A DNA stretch of 64,000 bases from assembly GCA_964634935.1 (NCBI GenBank), contig CAZWJT010000005.1:7128-71127 (forward strand), written 5' to 3'. The DNA is from an uncultured Planctomycetia bacterium. GTDB taxonomy: Bacteria; Omnitrophota; Gorgyraeia; Duberdicusellales; Duberdicusellaceae. Below are positions 20,281 to 30,833 of this stretch, in pieces; positions within the stretch are counted from its first letter, which is position 1; every line of letters starts with the position of its first letter. Under the pieces are notes generated by a model. The model worked only from the letters and a program-made list of their open reading frames with translations, ran no database searches and was not told where the DNA came from. The translations under genes and the position numbers were made by a program.

Positions 20281-22899
20281 TTACGCTGAAAAAAATTCCG
20301 TAAAAATTTCCAGAATTTTTTCCTCAAAATTATTCCGATCTTTCGGTTGAATCTTTCCTCCGGCAAACGCAAAATCATCCCGGCCGCCACCGGAACCGGA
20401 AAATTTCCCTGAAAGATACTGCGCAAGCTTTCCGCACGAAAAACCGCTACCATCCTTTGTTCTGGAAATAACCGCGGTAAAAGAGCTTTCGGCCAATGCA
20501 ACACCAATCACAAGGCCAGGATGCGTCCATTGCTTCTTAACCGAATCGACTGCTTTGCCAAGAAAATTTTGATCAACATTTTTCTCTGAAAATAGAATGA
20601 CTGTGTTCCCGTGGATCGAATGTTTTTGCTCCAGAATTCCTGGAATCTTACTTCTGAATAATTCTTCTCTTAAAAGAGAAAGTTCCTTCTCCTGTTTCTT
20701 GACCTTCGCGATGGTTTCCCGAAACACCTCAGGCAGATTTGTTACATTAGTTTTTGCTATATCCGAAAGCTCAAGAAGTAAATCCTGTTTTTTAATAATT
20801 TCTAACAAGGCGCGCTTCCCGGTTACCGCCTCAATTCTCCGGATACCGCTGCTTACGGAACTATCGGAAATAATTTTAAAAATCCCAACTTGTGCCGTAT
20901 TCGACAGATGCGTACCCCCACAGAGCTCCTTGCTCACCCCTTCCACTTCAACTACCCGAACGGTTTGTCCATATTTTTCTTCAAAAAAAGCGAGCGCGTT
21001 CTGCTTCCGGGCTTCTTCCAGCGAAAGAAAATATTTTTTGAGTGGTCGTGCGCTTAGAATCATATCAGCAACAAAGTTTTCCACCTCCTGAATTTCATGA
21101 CCGCTTAACTTCTGATAGTGGTTGAAATCAAAACGGAACTGATCCTCATCGACAAAAGAGCCCTGCTGCTCAATATGTCCACCCAAGACAGCACGAAGGG
21201 CTGCCTGTAAAAGATGTGTCGCGGTATGCGCCCGCTCAAGAGCATTCCTGCGCTCTGTATTCACCGTAGCCACAACTGCGCTCTCTACTTGCAATGTTCC
21301 ACGCTTTAATATTCCATGGTGGAGAATTGTCATTCCGTTCTTAGATACCTCGGAAACCTCAAAACAAACCGTATGATCTTTGTCTTCAATAACCCCGGTA
21401 TCGTGCAATTGACCTCCAGATGTGCCGTAAAATGGAGTTCGGTCAAGAACAAGAATCGCCGCGCCGTTTTCTTTTAAGGTATTTACTGCAACCCCATTTT
21501 CAACAATACCGATCACCTTTGCGACTGCACTCACCTGCTCATGTCCAATGAATTCCGTAGAATGTTCACAGGCAAAATTATGAGAAACAAACACAGCATC
21601 TTTAAATTTACTGCTTTTGCGGGAAAGCTCTCGCTGTTGTTTCATCAAAACTTCAAAACCATCCCGGTCTACCGCGACATGTTCGTTTTCTGCGATAAGA
21701 CACGTGAGTTCCAAAGGAAATCCAAAGGTATCATACATTTTAAATGCCGAGCATGCGTCGATTGATTTTTGATTGATCCGAGCATGCTCGATATACCCGT
21801 CGAGAACCGTTCTCCCGGTTTCAAGCGTCGCAAGAAACTTTTCCTCTTCGGCTTTCACAATCTGAGCAATTGCTTCTTTCTTGTCGTAGAGCTCAGGATA
21901 GGCCGATCGCATAAGCATTCCCACAGTCGGAACAAGGCTGTAAAGAAACGGCGATTGCTTCCCCGCTGAAAACCCAAACCATAAGGCCCGCCGGATAATA
22001 CGTCGGATCACATATCCCCTATCCTCATTGGAAGGATAAATACCATCCCCGATCGCAAATGTTATCGCCCGCGCATGGTCAGCGACTGCCGCAAGAGCCG
22101 GTTGTTCATGCAACCCGGATTGCCGCCGTACTTCTTCGATCAGCGGAACAAAAATATCAATCTCGAAATTCGTTTCTTTTCTTTGGAGTACCGAGCATAA
22201 ACGCTCAAGACCCATACCTGTATCAATATTCTTTGAAGGCAAAGGTTCAACCTTCTGAAAACCAATCCGATTGAACTGGGTAAATACCAGGTTCCAAACC
22301 TCCACAAATCTCCCGCAATTACAAGCAGGGCTGCAGGTGGTATTCTTACACCCCAGATGGGACCCCCGATCAAAATAAATCTCCGAACACGGACCGCATG
22401 GACCGTCTGGGCCATCCTCAAGGGCATTGGCAGGCCAAAAGTTATCCCCCGCACCAAGCCGAACAATCTTTTTTTCTGGAATCCCTATCTTGGTATTCCA
22501 AATTTTGAAAGATTCCTCATCCTCCTGATACACAGAAACCCACAGAAGCTCTGGAGAAATCTTCAAAATCTTGGTCAAATATTCCCAGGCAAAGAATATC
22601 GCTTCCTCTTTGAAATAATCGCCAAAAGAAAAATTACCGAGCATCTCAAAAAAAGTATGGTGATACGAAGTCTTCCCGACGCGTTCCAAATCGGCAGTTC
22701 TCAAGCACTTTTGACAACTCGTTGCCCGGCGAAAATCGGTAACTTTGCCCAAGAATTCGTCTTTGAACTGGTTCATACCGGCAGAAGTAAAAAGCAGCGT
22801 TGGATCATTTTTGGGAACCAACGAATCGGAAGGTACTACTCGATGATTCTTCGTCATGAAAAATTCAAGAAATGAGCAACGGATACTATCAGCGTTCAT
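20281..22899 (-). CDS. alaS: Alanine--tRNA ligase
   Basis: 872 aa. N-terminal FTSAGMNQFK, the editing-domain HTATHLL, and a C-terminal DHHA1-like GGGRDDFAFAGG are present. Confidence 0.95.
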   Translation of the reverse strand: MNADSIRCSFLEFFMTKNHRVVPSDSLVPKNDPTLLFTSAGMNQFKDEFLGKVTDFRRATSCQKCLRTADLERVGKTSYHHTFFEMLGNFSFGDYFKEEAIFFAWEYLTKILKISPELLWVSVYQEDEESFKIWNTKIGIPEKKIVRLGAGDNFWPANALEDGPDGPCGPCSEIYFDRGSHLGCKNTTCSPACNCGRFVEVWNLVFTQFNRIGFQKVEPLPSKNIDTGMGLERLCSVLQRKETNFEIDIFVPLIEEVRRQSGLHEQPALAAVADHARAITFAIGDGIYPSNEDRGYVIRRIIRRALWFGFSAGKQSPFLYSLVPTVGMLMRSAYPELYDKKEAIAQIVKAEEEKFLATLETGRTVLDGYIEHARINQKSIDACSAFKMYDTFGFPLELTCLIAENEHVAVDRDGFEVLMKQQRELSRKSSKFKDAVFVSHNFACEHSTEFIGHEQVSAVAKVIGIVENGVAVNTLKENGAAILVLDRTPFYGTSGGQLHDTGVIEDKDHTVCFEVSEVSKNGMTILHHGILKRGTLQVESAVVATVNTERRNALERAHTATHLLQAALRAVLGGHIEQQGSFVDEDQFRFDFNHYQKLSGHEIQEVENFVADMILSARPLKKYFLSLEEARKQNALAFFEEKYGQTVRVVEVEGVSKELCGGTHLSNTAQVGIFKIISDSSVSSGIRRIEAVTGKRALLEIIKKQDLLLELSDIAKTNVTNLPEVFRETIAKVKKQEKELSLLREELFRSKIPGILEQKHSIHGNTVILFSEKNVDQNFLGKAVDSVKKQWTHPGLVIGVALAESSFTAVISRTKDGSGFSCGKLAQYLSGKFSGSGGGRDDFAFAGGKIQPKDRNNFEEKILEIFTEFFSA

Positions 22900-23405
22900 T
22901 GATTCTCCAATGCTTCACATACATCTGAATAAGCAAAACCGCGTCGCATAAAATACCCAAGTATTTTCTGTTTTACCCTAAATGCCCCACTCCCCACGTA
23001 TTTCACCTTCTTTGCACGCATTAATTCTCTTAATTTCTGCTGTTCAGTTGACCGACAATGTAAAACCTTCCATACGCTTTTGATCTCATCGTGAGTAATG
23101 CCCTTTGCTGAAAGTTCTTGGGCAATACGCAGAAAACCATAGCCTCGGGAAAGCTTTGCCCGGATCCACTGTTCTGTAAAACCAACATCATCAACAAGTT
23201 GCAGATTTCGGAAATAAGCAATAGACTGAGTGATGATATCTTCCGAAAAACCCTTACGTTTCAACCGCTCAGCGAGCTCTCGGGTTGAACGATTGCGAAA
23301 CTTCAAAAGCCGGAAAACCAGAGACTTTGCCTGCGCGAAATCCCGATTATTCCTTGCTCTGTTCTTTGACAACGGCAAATTTGCGATTCGTTTTAATGAG
23401 CACAT
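22896..23405 (-). CDS. recX: Regulatory protein RecX (start uncertain; the ORF overlaps the htrA 3' end by 59 nt)
   Basis: Three-helix-repeat RecX-like sequence (RLLKFRNRSTRELAERLKRKGF...). It lies between recA... correction: it lies between htrA and alaS, downstream of recA. Confidence 0.7.
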   Translation of the reverse strand: MCSLKRIANLPLSKNRARNNRDFAQAKSLVFRLLKFRNRSTRELAERLKRKGFSEDIITQSIAYFRNLQLVDDVGFTEQWIRAKLSRGYGFLRIAQELSAKGITHDEIKSVWKVLHCRSTEQQKLRELMRAKKVKYVGSGAFRVKQKILGYFMRRGFAYSDVCEALENQ

Positions 23406-24840
23406 CCCCTTTTATGTCCCGAACGGCTTTTTCAAAGTCATCCCGGGTGGCAATCGTTACCCCATTTATAGCTTCAATAATTTCTCCGGCTTCAAGCTCA
23501 GCCTCTTCAGCTGGAGAACCGGGTTCAACACGAATTATCAATACACCTGAAACTTGATTAATATTGTAACGCCGAACAATTGGGTCGGTAAGATCGCTTA
23601 CATCTAAACCGCGGAAAGAACGGGAGTTTGCGGCTTCCAGATCTTCCAGGTTCTTCGGCCTCTTGCCAATCGTCACTGAAACCGTTCGCTGGGAACCATC
23701 CCGAACAATCAACAATTCAACAACCTTCCCTTCTTCAAGCTCTCCAATTCGCTCGACGATATCCTCTTTATCGCTGATAAAATTTCCGGATGCTTTTAAA
23801 ATTACATCTCCTTCTTTCAATCCAGCCTTCGCGGCAGGTGAGTCTTGAAATACCTTGGCAATAACAACACCTTGCTGTTCTTGAATATTGAAATATTTGC
23901 GTAGGTCATCATTCAAATCCTGGATACTAACACCCAGCCAGCCATATGAAATATCCTCGCCTTTCACCAGCTTTGCAACAATTTTCTTCGCCTTGCTCGA
24001 GGGAATCGCAAAACCGACACCCTGATAACCGCCGCTCGTTGAAAGAATCGCGACATTAATCCCAATAATCTCGCCTTTGAGATTCACTAAGGGCCCTCCG
24101 GAATTTCCCGGATTGATCGCTGCATCAGTCTGGATCAGATCAGAAAGATTTTTGTCTTTACTGCCTAGAAAAGGAAGACTGCGATGAAGCGCACTGACTA
24201 CCCCAACGGTTACGGTTGGTTTCGCGCCTCCAATGGCAAATCCAAAAGGATTCCCCACTGCCAATACCCATTGTCCTATTTTGAGCTTTGAAGAATCACC
24301 AAATGACGCTACCGGTAAATTCCTCGCGTTTATTTTAATAACCGCTAAATCACTCCGTTCGTCTCTTCCTTTTATCTCAGCAGAGAATTCTCGCCCGTCG
24401 GCAAGCTTAACCTTAATCTTCTTTGCTCCATCTACCACGTGCTCGTTGGTAAGAATATAGCCTTCTTTGTCTATAATAACCCCGCTCCCCATTCCAACCC
24501 GCCGCAGTTCCTGTTCAGGCATTTGACCAAAAAAATCCCTGAAAAATCCATCAAAAGGATCTTCTTCTTCAGACTGGGGAGGGAAACCCCGTCCGAAAGG
24601 ACGGGCCGAGAAATAACGCCTTGCTTTTTCTTCTGCTTCAACTTTAATGGCAACCACGGACTTTCCTATATTCTCTGAGACAAAAATTGTTTTTTCCTCA
24701 AGGCTTGCTGCGCTCTCATTATATTTTCCGTTTTCCTGAGCGCATCCTTTCTGAAACAGACCGGTTGAAGCTGTAAGAAATATCCCGATCATAATTCCAA
24801 AACCAAGTATGCCCCAGAAAAAACCAGTTGTTTTTTTCAT
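23347..24840 (-). CDS. htrA: Periplasmic serine endoprotease DegP/HtrA family (trypsin domain plus 2 PDZ domains)
   Basis: Signal peptide, catalytic HVV...D...GNSGGPL triad motifs, and two PDZ-like segments. Confidence 0.9.
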   Translation of the reverse strand: MKKTTGFFWGILGFGIMIGIFLTASTGLFQKGCAQENGKYNESAASLEEKTIFVSENIGKSVVAIKVEAEEKARRYFSARPFGRGFPPQSEEEDPFDGFFRDFFGQMPEQELRRVGMGSGVIIDKEGYILTNEHVVDGAKKIKVKLADGREFSAEIKGRDERSDLAVIKINARNLPVASFGDSSKLKIGQWVLAVGNPFGFAIGGAKPTVTVGVVSALHRSLPFLGSKDKNLSDLIQTDAAINPGNSGGPLVNLKGEIIGINVAILSTSGGYQGVGFAIPSSKAKKIVAKLVKGEDISYGWLGVSIQDLNDDLRKYFNIQEQQGVVIAKVFQDSPAAKAGLKEGDVILKASGNFISDKEDIVERIGELEEGKVVELLIVRDGSQRTVSVTIGKRPKNLEDLEAANSRSFRGLDVSDLTDPIVRRYNINQVSGVLIIRVEPGSPAEEAELEAGEIIEAINGVTIATRDDFEKAVRDIKGDVLIKTNRKFAVVKEQSKE

Positions 24841-24855
24841 ACAGCCTCCTTTCGT

Positions 24856-25905
24856 TTATGTGTTATCGCCAATGGCACCGGAAAACGAATAGAGATTCTC
24901 TTGAACCTGCTTTCGTATACTTTCAAGCACCTCAGGATTTTCCTTAAGATATTTCTTTAACTGGTCTTTCCCTTGAGCCAAATTTTTACTCTGGTAAGAA
25001 AACCAGCTTCCTGATTTAGAGATGATGTTCATCTCAATCGCACAATCGATCATATTTCCTACCTTGGAAACTCCTTCATCATAGAAAATCTCAAACAGAG
25101 CCTCCTTGAAAGGAGGAGCGACTTTATTCTTAACAACTTTTGCCTTTACTTTCACGCCAGTTACCGAAGTTACTGATCCATCCGTAGTAGAAAGATTCCC
25201 TGTTTTACGCAGATCAATCCGAACTGACGAATAAAACTTAAGCGCTCTACCGCCGGGGGTTGTTTCAGGATTCCCAAACATAACCCCAATCTTTTCGCGG
25301 ATCTGGTTGATAAAAACAACGCAGGTTTTCGATTTGCTGATAGCCGCAGTCAGTTTTCTCAGCGCCTGCGACATAAGCCTTGCTTGTAAACCCATCTGGG
25401 CTTCTCCCATTTCGCCTTCGATTTCAAGTCGCGGAACTAACGCCGCAACCGAATCAACCACTACCAGATCTACCGCGTTCGAACGAACCAGGGTTTCGGT
25501 AATCTCTAAACCTTGCTCTCCAGTATCCGGCTGAGAAATAAGCAAGTCGTCCAGATTAATCCCGACAGTTTTCGCATACGAAGGATCAAACGCATGCTCC
25601 GCATCGACAAAAGCCGCCACTCCACCGGATTTCTGGACCTCAGCGATAATACTCAGCGTGAGAGTAGTTTTTCCTGAAGATTCCGGACCAAAAATTTCTA
25701 CTACGCGCCCTCGAGGAATACCACCGATGCCTAACGCTTTGTCCAGGGTCGGAATGCCCGTTGAGATTGCCTCGACATCCAAACGGACAGAATCCCCTAG
25801 ACGCATTATTGAACCTCGACCAAATTGTTTCTCAATCTGAGAAATCGCAAGCTCTAAAGCCTTACTTTTATCAGAAGCAACATTCTTTTCTTTTTCCTTA
25901 GCCAT
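24856..25905 (-). CDS. recA: Recombinase RecA
   Basis: [26 protein letters not shown] and [11 protein letters not shown] are present. Confidence 0.95.
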   Translation of the reverse strand: MAKEKEKNVASDKSKALELAISQIEKQFGRGSIMRLGDSVRLDVEAISTGIPTLDKALGIGGIPRGRVVEIFGPESSGKTTLTLSIIAEVQKSGGVAAFVDAEHAFDPSYAKTVGINLDDLLISQPDTGEQGLEITETLVRSNAVDLVVVDSVAALVPRLEIEGEMGEAQMGLQARLMSQALRKLTAAISKSKTCVVFINQIREKIGVMFGNPETTPGGRALKFYSSVRIDLRKTGNLSTTDGSVTSVTGVKVKAKVVKNKVAPPFKEALFEIFYDEGVSKVGNMIDCAIEMNIISKSGSWFSYQSKNLAQGKDQLKKYLKENPEVLESIRKQVQENLYSFSGAIGDNT

Positions 25906-26019
25906 TATGCTCCTTTCGTTACGAATATTATGAAGGTAGAAGTGGACCTGAAATGTGCTTTTTATTATATCAGAGGCAGGGTTCTTGTCAATTTACCGGA
26001 TGGAGAAAATAAAGGGGGT

Positions 26020-26493
26020 TTACCGGGCTTTTACCAACAGAATTTTGGCATCCTTCAAGAAAGCCAAAGCCATCTCATCAGGATAATTTCCTTCAAAAAT
26101 AACTTCTTCTATCCCTGCGTTAATGATCATTTTAGCGCAGATAATACAAGGAGTAACCGTAACATAGAGAGTGCTCGCCTTCAATGAAACACCATGATAC
26201 GCTGCCTGAATAATCACATTCTGCTCGGCATGTAACCCCCGACAAAGCTCATGCCGCTGTCCGGAAGGAACCCCTAACTTTTCGCGTAAACATCCTGCAA
26301 CGCTGCAATGTGAAATCATGCGAGGCGCCCCGTTATATCCAGTAGCAAGAATTCTCCGTTCCTTGACTAAAACCGCCCCTACTTTTCTTCGCATACAAGT
26401 TGACCGGTCTGAAACAAGATGGGCTATTTTCAGAAAATACTCATCCCACGAGGGACGGTTCTCTTTCATCTCTTTGGATCTTCTGATTTTCAT
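26020..26493 (-). CDS. dCMP deaminase (ComEB/cytidine-deoxycytidylate deaminase family)
   Basis: HAEQNVI (zinc His/Glu) and PCIICAKMI (PCxxC) motifs in 157 aa. Confidence 0.85.
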   Translation of the reverse strand: MKIRRSKEMKENRPSWDEYFLKIAHLVSDRSTCMRRKVGAVLVKERRILATGYNGAPRMISHCSVAGCLREKLGVPSGQRHELCRGLHAEQNVIIQAAYHGVSLKASTLYVTVTPCIICAKMIINAGIEEVIFEGNYPDEMALAFLKDAKILLVKAR

Positions 26494-26496
26494 GGT

Positions 26497-27747
26497 TTAC
26501 TCACATCCTTGAAGCTCAGCATATAACGGAAAACGATCAGTCAAAGCCTTAACCCGCCCTTGGAGGGCTTGTTTATCCTGTTTGTCTGCAAGCGACGAGA
26601 AGATAATCTGAGCGATTTCCGCTATCTCTGCCTTGCGCATACCCCGAGTGGTAATTGCTGGACTCCCGATACGAATGCCACTGGTGACAATGGGAGGCTG
26701 AGGATCATAAGGAATGAGGTTCTTGTTCACCGTAATGTGAATTTCATCAAGAGAGGCAACTGCTTCCTTCCCTGTTTTTCCGAGAGAACGTAAATCAAGA
26801 AGCAAGAGATGATTGTCGCTTCCTCCTGAAACAACGCGCATCCCGAGCTTAGTGAATTCATGGCAAAAAACTTTAACATTCTCAACGACTGCCTGCTGAT
26901 ACCTTTTAAATTCTGGGGTTTGGGCTTCTAAAAATGCGACTGCCTTTGCTGCGATAACATGCATTAACGGGCCCCCTTGAATGCCCGGAAAAAGCCCTGT
27001 GTTAAGCTGTTTTGCAAATTCTTTACGCGCGAGAATAAAGCCCCCGCGCGGGCCTCGCAGAGTCTTATGCGTAGTCGAAGTGACAAATTCGGCGTATTCG
27101 CAAGGATTAGGATGAAGACCTGAAGCGACCAAGCCCGCAAAATGAGCCATATCCACCAAGAGCATCGCCTGAACTGAATCAGCAATACTGCGAAATTTCT
27201 GAAAATCAATAACCCGCGGATACGCCGAAGCGCCAGCAATAATCAATTTTGGCTTATGCGCCTTTGCCAGCTCTTCTATCTGGGCATAATCGATAAACTC
27301 TGTTTTTTTATCCACGCCATAAGGAATGACCCGGTAAAACTTCCCACTAAAATTCAACGGGTGTCCATGTGAAAGATGCCCCCCGCACGCAAGATCCATC
27401 GCGAGAACAGTATCGCCGGGGTTGAGAACAGAAAACATCACCGCCATATTTGCCTGGGTGCCTGAATGGGGCTGGACATTCGCATATTCCGCGCCGAAAA
27501 GCGCCTTCACTCGTTCTTGCGCTAGCGCCTCAGCCTCATCGACATGAATACAACCACCATACCACCGCGCCTTCGGATACCCTTCCGCATACTTATTCGT
27601 AAGAACCGTGCCTTGCGCCTCCATAACGGCACAAGAAGTAAAGTTTTCGGAAGCGATCAATTCGATATTCTGCTGCTGGCGTCCCAATTCTCGACAGACC
27701 GCTGAGAAAATTTCTGGGTCAGTTTTCTTTAAATATTCAAAGTTCAT
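26497..27747 (-). CDS. glyA: Serine hydroxymethyltransferase
   Basis: 416 aa. The [15 protein letters not shown]-lysine motif is present. Confidence 0.95.
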   Translation of the reverse strand: MNFEYLKKTDPEIFSAVCRELGRQQQNIELIASENFTSCAVMEAQGTVLTNKYAEGYPKARWYGGCIHVDEAEALAQERVKALFGAEYANVQPHSGTQANMAVMFSVLNPGDTVLAMDLACGGHLSHGHPLNFSGKFYRVIPYGVDKKTEFIDYAQIEELAKAHKPKLIIAGASAYPRVIDFQKFRSIADSVQAMLLVDMAHFAGLVASGLHPNPCEYAEFVTSTTHKTLRGPRGGFILARKEFAKQLNTGLFPGIQGGPLMHVIAAKAVAFLEAQTPEFKRYQQAVVENVKVFCHEFTKLGMRVVSGGSDNHLLLLDLRSLGKTGKEAVASLDEIHITVNKNLIPYDPQPPIVTSGIRIGSPAITTRGMRKAEIAEIAQIIFSSLADKQDKQALQGRVKALTDRFPLYAELQGCE

Positions 27748-28186
27748 GATGCTCCTCTATCTTTTTTATTTGATTGAGCCGGCGTGCGTGCCTCCCGCCT
27801 TCAAAAACCGCTTTAGACCAAGCGGAAATTATTTTTTTCGCGCTTTGCTCATTGACAAAATCATCTCCTAAAACAAGTACATTTGCGTTGTTGTGCTGAC
27901 GCGCTAGTTTTGCTCCTGCTATGGTATGTACTAAAGCTGCGCGGATACCCCGCACCTTGTTGGCGGCAATCGCCGATCCAACTCCGGTCTTACAGATGAG
28001 CACGCCAAAATCTGCTTCGTGCTTCCGTACTTTATGCGCAACTCGTGAGCAGTAAACCGGATAATCACAGGAGTCTGAAGAAAATGTACCAACGTCGCAG
28101 ACTTCATGCTTCTTCCGCTTTAAAAAATCACTCAAAATCCCTTTGAGATAAAGCCCTCGATGATCTGAACCAATTGCAATAATCAT
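27737..28186 (-). CDS. rpiB: Ribose-5-phosphate isomerase B
   Basis: The preferred start is the ATG at 28186..28184 ([15 protein letters not shown]...); the 42-codon ORF-track extension was rejected. RpiB/LacAB fold motifs are present ([24 protein letters not shown]). Confidence 0.85.
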   Translation of the reverse strand: MIIAIGSDHRGLYLKGILSDFLKRKKHEVCDVGTFSSDSCDYPVYCSRVAHKVRKHEADFGVLICKTGVGSAIAANKVRGIRAALVHTIAGAKLARQHNNANVLVLGDDFVNEQSAKKIISAWSKAVFEGGRHARRLNQIKKIEEHHEL

Positions 28187-28199
28187 ACCCTCTCCGTTG

Positions 28200-29273
28200 T
28201 TATGCGCCAAGCCAGTCAATAAGATTAAAAATCGCTTCCTGGATAAGAGAAAAAGTTTCTTCGTAAACCTCGCGTGATCCGCCGATCGGATCAGGAATAT
28301 CCTCTTCTTCAATCCGGTTTAAGAACTTGTGAAGATGCAACACCCGGGCAACCGCTGTGGGCTCAAACGCAAGGATTTCTTCCTTCTGTTTTTCTTCCAT
28401 CACGAGAATAACATCCGATGAACGAATAATATCGCGGTCAAGACGGCGCGCCCTATGCTCAGATGCATCAATGCCGTTTTTTGCCAAAAGCCCCAAGGTT
28501 TGCTCAGAAGCAGGACTCGCCGGATGCGCAAGAATTCCGGCAGAAAATACTTCAAGCGTTTCGGCAAGAACCGGGCGATCACGCTGCACGATACATTTCA
28601 GGAAATATTCAGCCATAACCGATCGACAAGAATTGCCTGTACAGACAAAAAGTATCCTCCTGCGCTTCAGTATCTCATCAATATCATTCTGCGTGTAAAT
28701 TGATTCGCGAACAACTCTCACGGGCAAAACAGTTAAATCAAGAATGGTCGAAGGAGCTTTATATTCTGATTCACCCGAATCAACGATAAGATCTATCCCG
28801 TCAGCAAAATAACGTTCCACTTCCTGCGCGGATGTCGCCTCGGGAAAACCGGAAAGGTTTGCCGAAGGAATTACCACCTGAGCAAATATTTCAGCGAGAA
28901 TCGCCCGGCAAACAGGATGGGAAGGATTCCGTATTCCAATAGTATGCGTACTGTTTTTAGCATAATAAATTACCGTGAGAGGCCCCGGCCAGAATTTTTC
29001 CAACAGCCGGTAGCCGTAAGGAGGTAAAACATCCATAAAAAAATCAACATCCTGCCGATAGGCGATATGGGTCGTAAACGGCTTGTCCTTTGGCCTTCTT
29101 TTCACGACATAAAGTTTCTCTAGGGTATCGATACGGCTTGCATTTACCGCTAATCCATAAACAGTTTCCGTCGGCAAGGCGACAATTCCCCCGTTCTTAA
29201 TACAATCAGCCGCTTTACGCACAAGCTTCTGATCGGGATGATGAGAATCAATATAGATCTTCTCTGCGCTCAT
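28200..29273 (-). CDS. Fusion protein: L-threonylcarbamoyladenylate synthase (TsaC/YrdC/YwlC domain) joined to a low-molecular-weight protein phosphatase (YwlE-like, CX5R)
   Basis: The N-terminal half has the YrdC motif (GGIVALPTETVYGLAVNA). The C-terminal half has ILFVCTGNSCRSVMAE (the LMW-PTP P-loop CTGNSCR), and later a DP motif. Confidence 0.8.
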   Translation of the reverse strand: MSAEKIYIDSHHPDQKLVRKAADCIKNGGIVALPTETVYGLAVNASRIDTLEKLYVVKRRPKDKPFTTHIAYRQDVDFFMDVLPPYGYRLLEKFWPGPLTVIYYAKNSTHTIGIRNPSHPVCRAILAEIFAQVVIPSANLSGFPEATSAQEVERYFADGIDLIVDSGESEYKAPSTILDLTVLPVRVVRESIYTQNDIDEILKRRRILFVCTGNSCRSVMAEYFLKCIVQRDRPVLAETLEVFSAGILAHPASPASEQTLGLLAKNGIDASEHRARRLDRDIIRSSDVILVMEEKQKEEILAFEPTAVARVLHLHKFLNRIEEEDIPDPIGGSREVYEETFSLIQEAIFNLIDWLGA

Positions 29274-29731
29274 GCATCAGTATATTTTTTGTCACGAAAA
29301 TTTTGAAGTTTTTTACGCACTTTCGCATCTTCTAATGCTAAGATACGTAAAGCGTACAAAGCAGCATTCTTGGCGCCTGCGGAACCAACAGCCATGGTTG
29401 CGACAGGAATCCCTTGCGGCATCTGGAGAATCGAAAGAAGAGAATCTATCCCTTTAAAAGCAGAAGTCATAATCGGCACGCCGATGACCGGAACTGCCGT
29501 ATAGGAAGCAACCACACCGGGTAACGCTGCTGCCCCTCCCGCAGCGGCAATAATAACCTTGCATCCTTCACGCTCGGTTCTCTGTGCAAAATCATGCACT
29601 CCGTGTGGATTACGATGAGCTGACAATATGGAAAGTCCATAGGAAACTCCAAATTTTTTTAAAGCCGCAAAACATTCTTCCATCCGAGGAACGTCGTTCT
29701 GACTGCCTAAAATAATTTCTACTTGTTTCAT
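29270..29731 (-). CDS. purE: N5-carboxyaminoimidazole ribonucleotide mutase PurE
   Basis: 153 aa. IILGSQNDVP...AAAGGAAALPGVVA is the PurE signature. Confidence 0.9.
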   Translation of the reverse strand: MKQVEIILGSQNDVPRMEECFAALKKFGVSYGLSILSAHRNPHGVHDFAQRTEREGCKVIIAAAGGAAALPGVVASYTAVPVIGVPIMTSAFKGIDSLLSILQMPQGIPVATMAVGSAGAKNAALYALRILALEDAKVRKKLQNFRDKKYTDA

Positions 29732-29797
29732 AATGGTTCCTCCTGTTTAAACATGAATTGCTTTGAAAAAATACCGAAAACACCTCAACATTATCTC

Positions 29798-30805
29798 CTA
29801 TGTATCATTCGTTCCGCAATCGGCTTGCTGCCGGATAGAAACAGGAAACTCCATATTTAATTCATCCAAAAACTGCTGCCAGGACTTGCATATTGTATCA
29901 TAAGGATATATTTTTTTCTCTCCTTTAAGATAGCTAAGACAGGTCTCCGCCTGAGCTTTCAATACCTCAGGATGATAGGAAAAAATTTCTTTTTTTCCGA
30001 GAGATTCGATCATTTCTCCGCAGGCCAAGCAGCCCTCAAACCGGGTCATGAGGTTCTCAGACACTAAAGATTGCGCGGGATTATTCATGCTCTCGCCGCT
30101 TGCCTCAAAGACTTCTAGATTCGCAGTAATTCCCGTATCAATGAATACAAGGTCCGCTGCGATGATCTTCCCTGAATTCAGTTTCACTGCCCTTACTTCC
30201 GAATCTCCGAACGCCTCAATGATCGTGCTGTCTGAAAGAACATCGCACCCTCGTTGCTGAAGAAACTCAGAAATCTCATGCTGACCGGAACTATGCAAGA
30301 GAATTTTCATATCCAAATCGTATTTTTTGAGTGCAAGCGCTACCTGCACTCCGTAAGAAGTACTTACCTGCAACACGACATGATCAAACATTTTCAATCG
30401 CTGTTTAAATTCAAACGGGTTCTTTAGGGCACCAAAATAATAGATCCCTCCTTTGTGTTCCCCGGTAAAGCCCAACCGTTTTGGCGTTACTCCGCAGCAG
30501 AGAATAACTGTATCCACTTCGAGTTTATCGTGCTCTTTAAAAAAAAGCGTCTTTCTTGGAAAATTGATCCGCTCAAGCGTATCGGTAATCATATTCGCTG
30601 AACGGAACCCTTCACAAACTTGAGCAGGATCAAGGAAGAAATCGCGGTCTGGAATAGCATCAAGAAGCCACGGAGCAAGAAGATACTTCCGGAACGTGTA
30701 GGTGTTACGTTCTACCAACGTGAGATCTAAATCTTGCTTAATTTCATTGAGACTGTTAAGCAACAAACATCCCATCTCTCCAGCTCCAACAACCGCAATT
30801 CGCAT
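29798..30805 (-). CDS. FAD/NAD(P)-binding oxidoreductase (pyridine nucleotide-disulfide oxidoreductase-like), possibly a MetF-associated electron-transfer partner
   Basis: The preferred start is the ATG at 30805..30803 (MRIAVVGAGEMG, a Rossmann GxGxxG), 28 nt after the metF stop, with an AGGA-type RBS. There is a second dinucleotide-binding-like segment and a Cys pair CLACGE near the C-terminus. The specific function was not identified. Confidence 0.5.
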   Translation of the reverse strand: MRIAVVGAGEMGCLLLNSLNEIKQDLDLTLVERNTYTFRKYLLAPWLLDAIPDRDFFLDPAQVCEGFRSANMITDTLERINFPRKTLFFKEHDKLEVDTVILCCGVTPKRLGFTGEHKGGIYYFGALKNPFEFKQRLKMFDHVVLQVSTSYGVQVALALKKYDLDMKILLHSSGQHEISEFLQQRGCDVLSDSTIIEAFGDSEVRAVKLNSGKIIAADLVFIDTGITANLEVFEASGESMNNPAQSLVSENLMTRFEGCLACGEMIESLGKKEIFSYHPEVLKAQAETCLSYLKGEKKIYPYDTICKSWQQFLDELNMEFPVSIRQQADCGTNDT

Positions 30806-30833
30806 ACAACTCCTATCGTCTGAAAATACTTTT

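Noticed and set aside
20244-20507. 87-aa minus ORF
   Set aside because: It lies wholly inside the alaS 3' end in another frame. Its composition is Arg/Phe-rich and it has no homology features.
25906-26019. Looked for a LexA/Cheo-box SOS operator upstream of recA
   Set aside because: No convincing GAAC-N4-GTTC or CTGT-N8-ACAG palindrome was found by eye, so no operator is reported.
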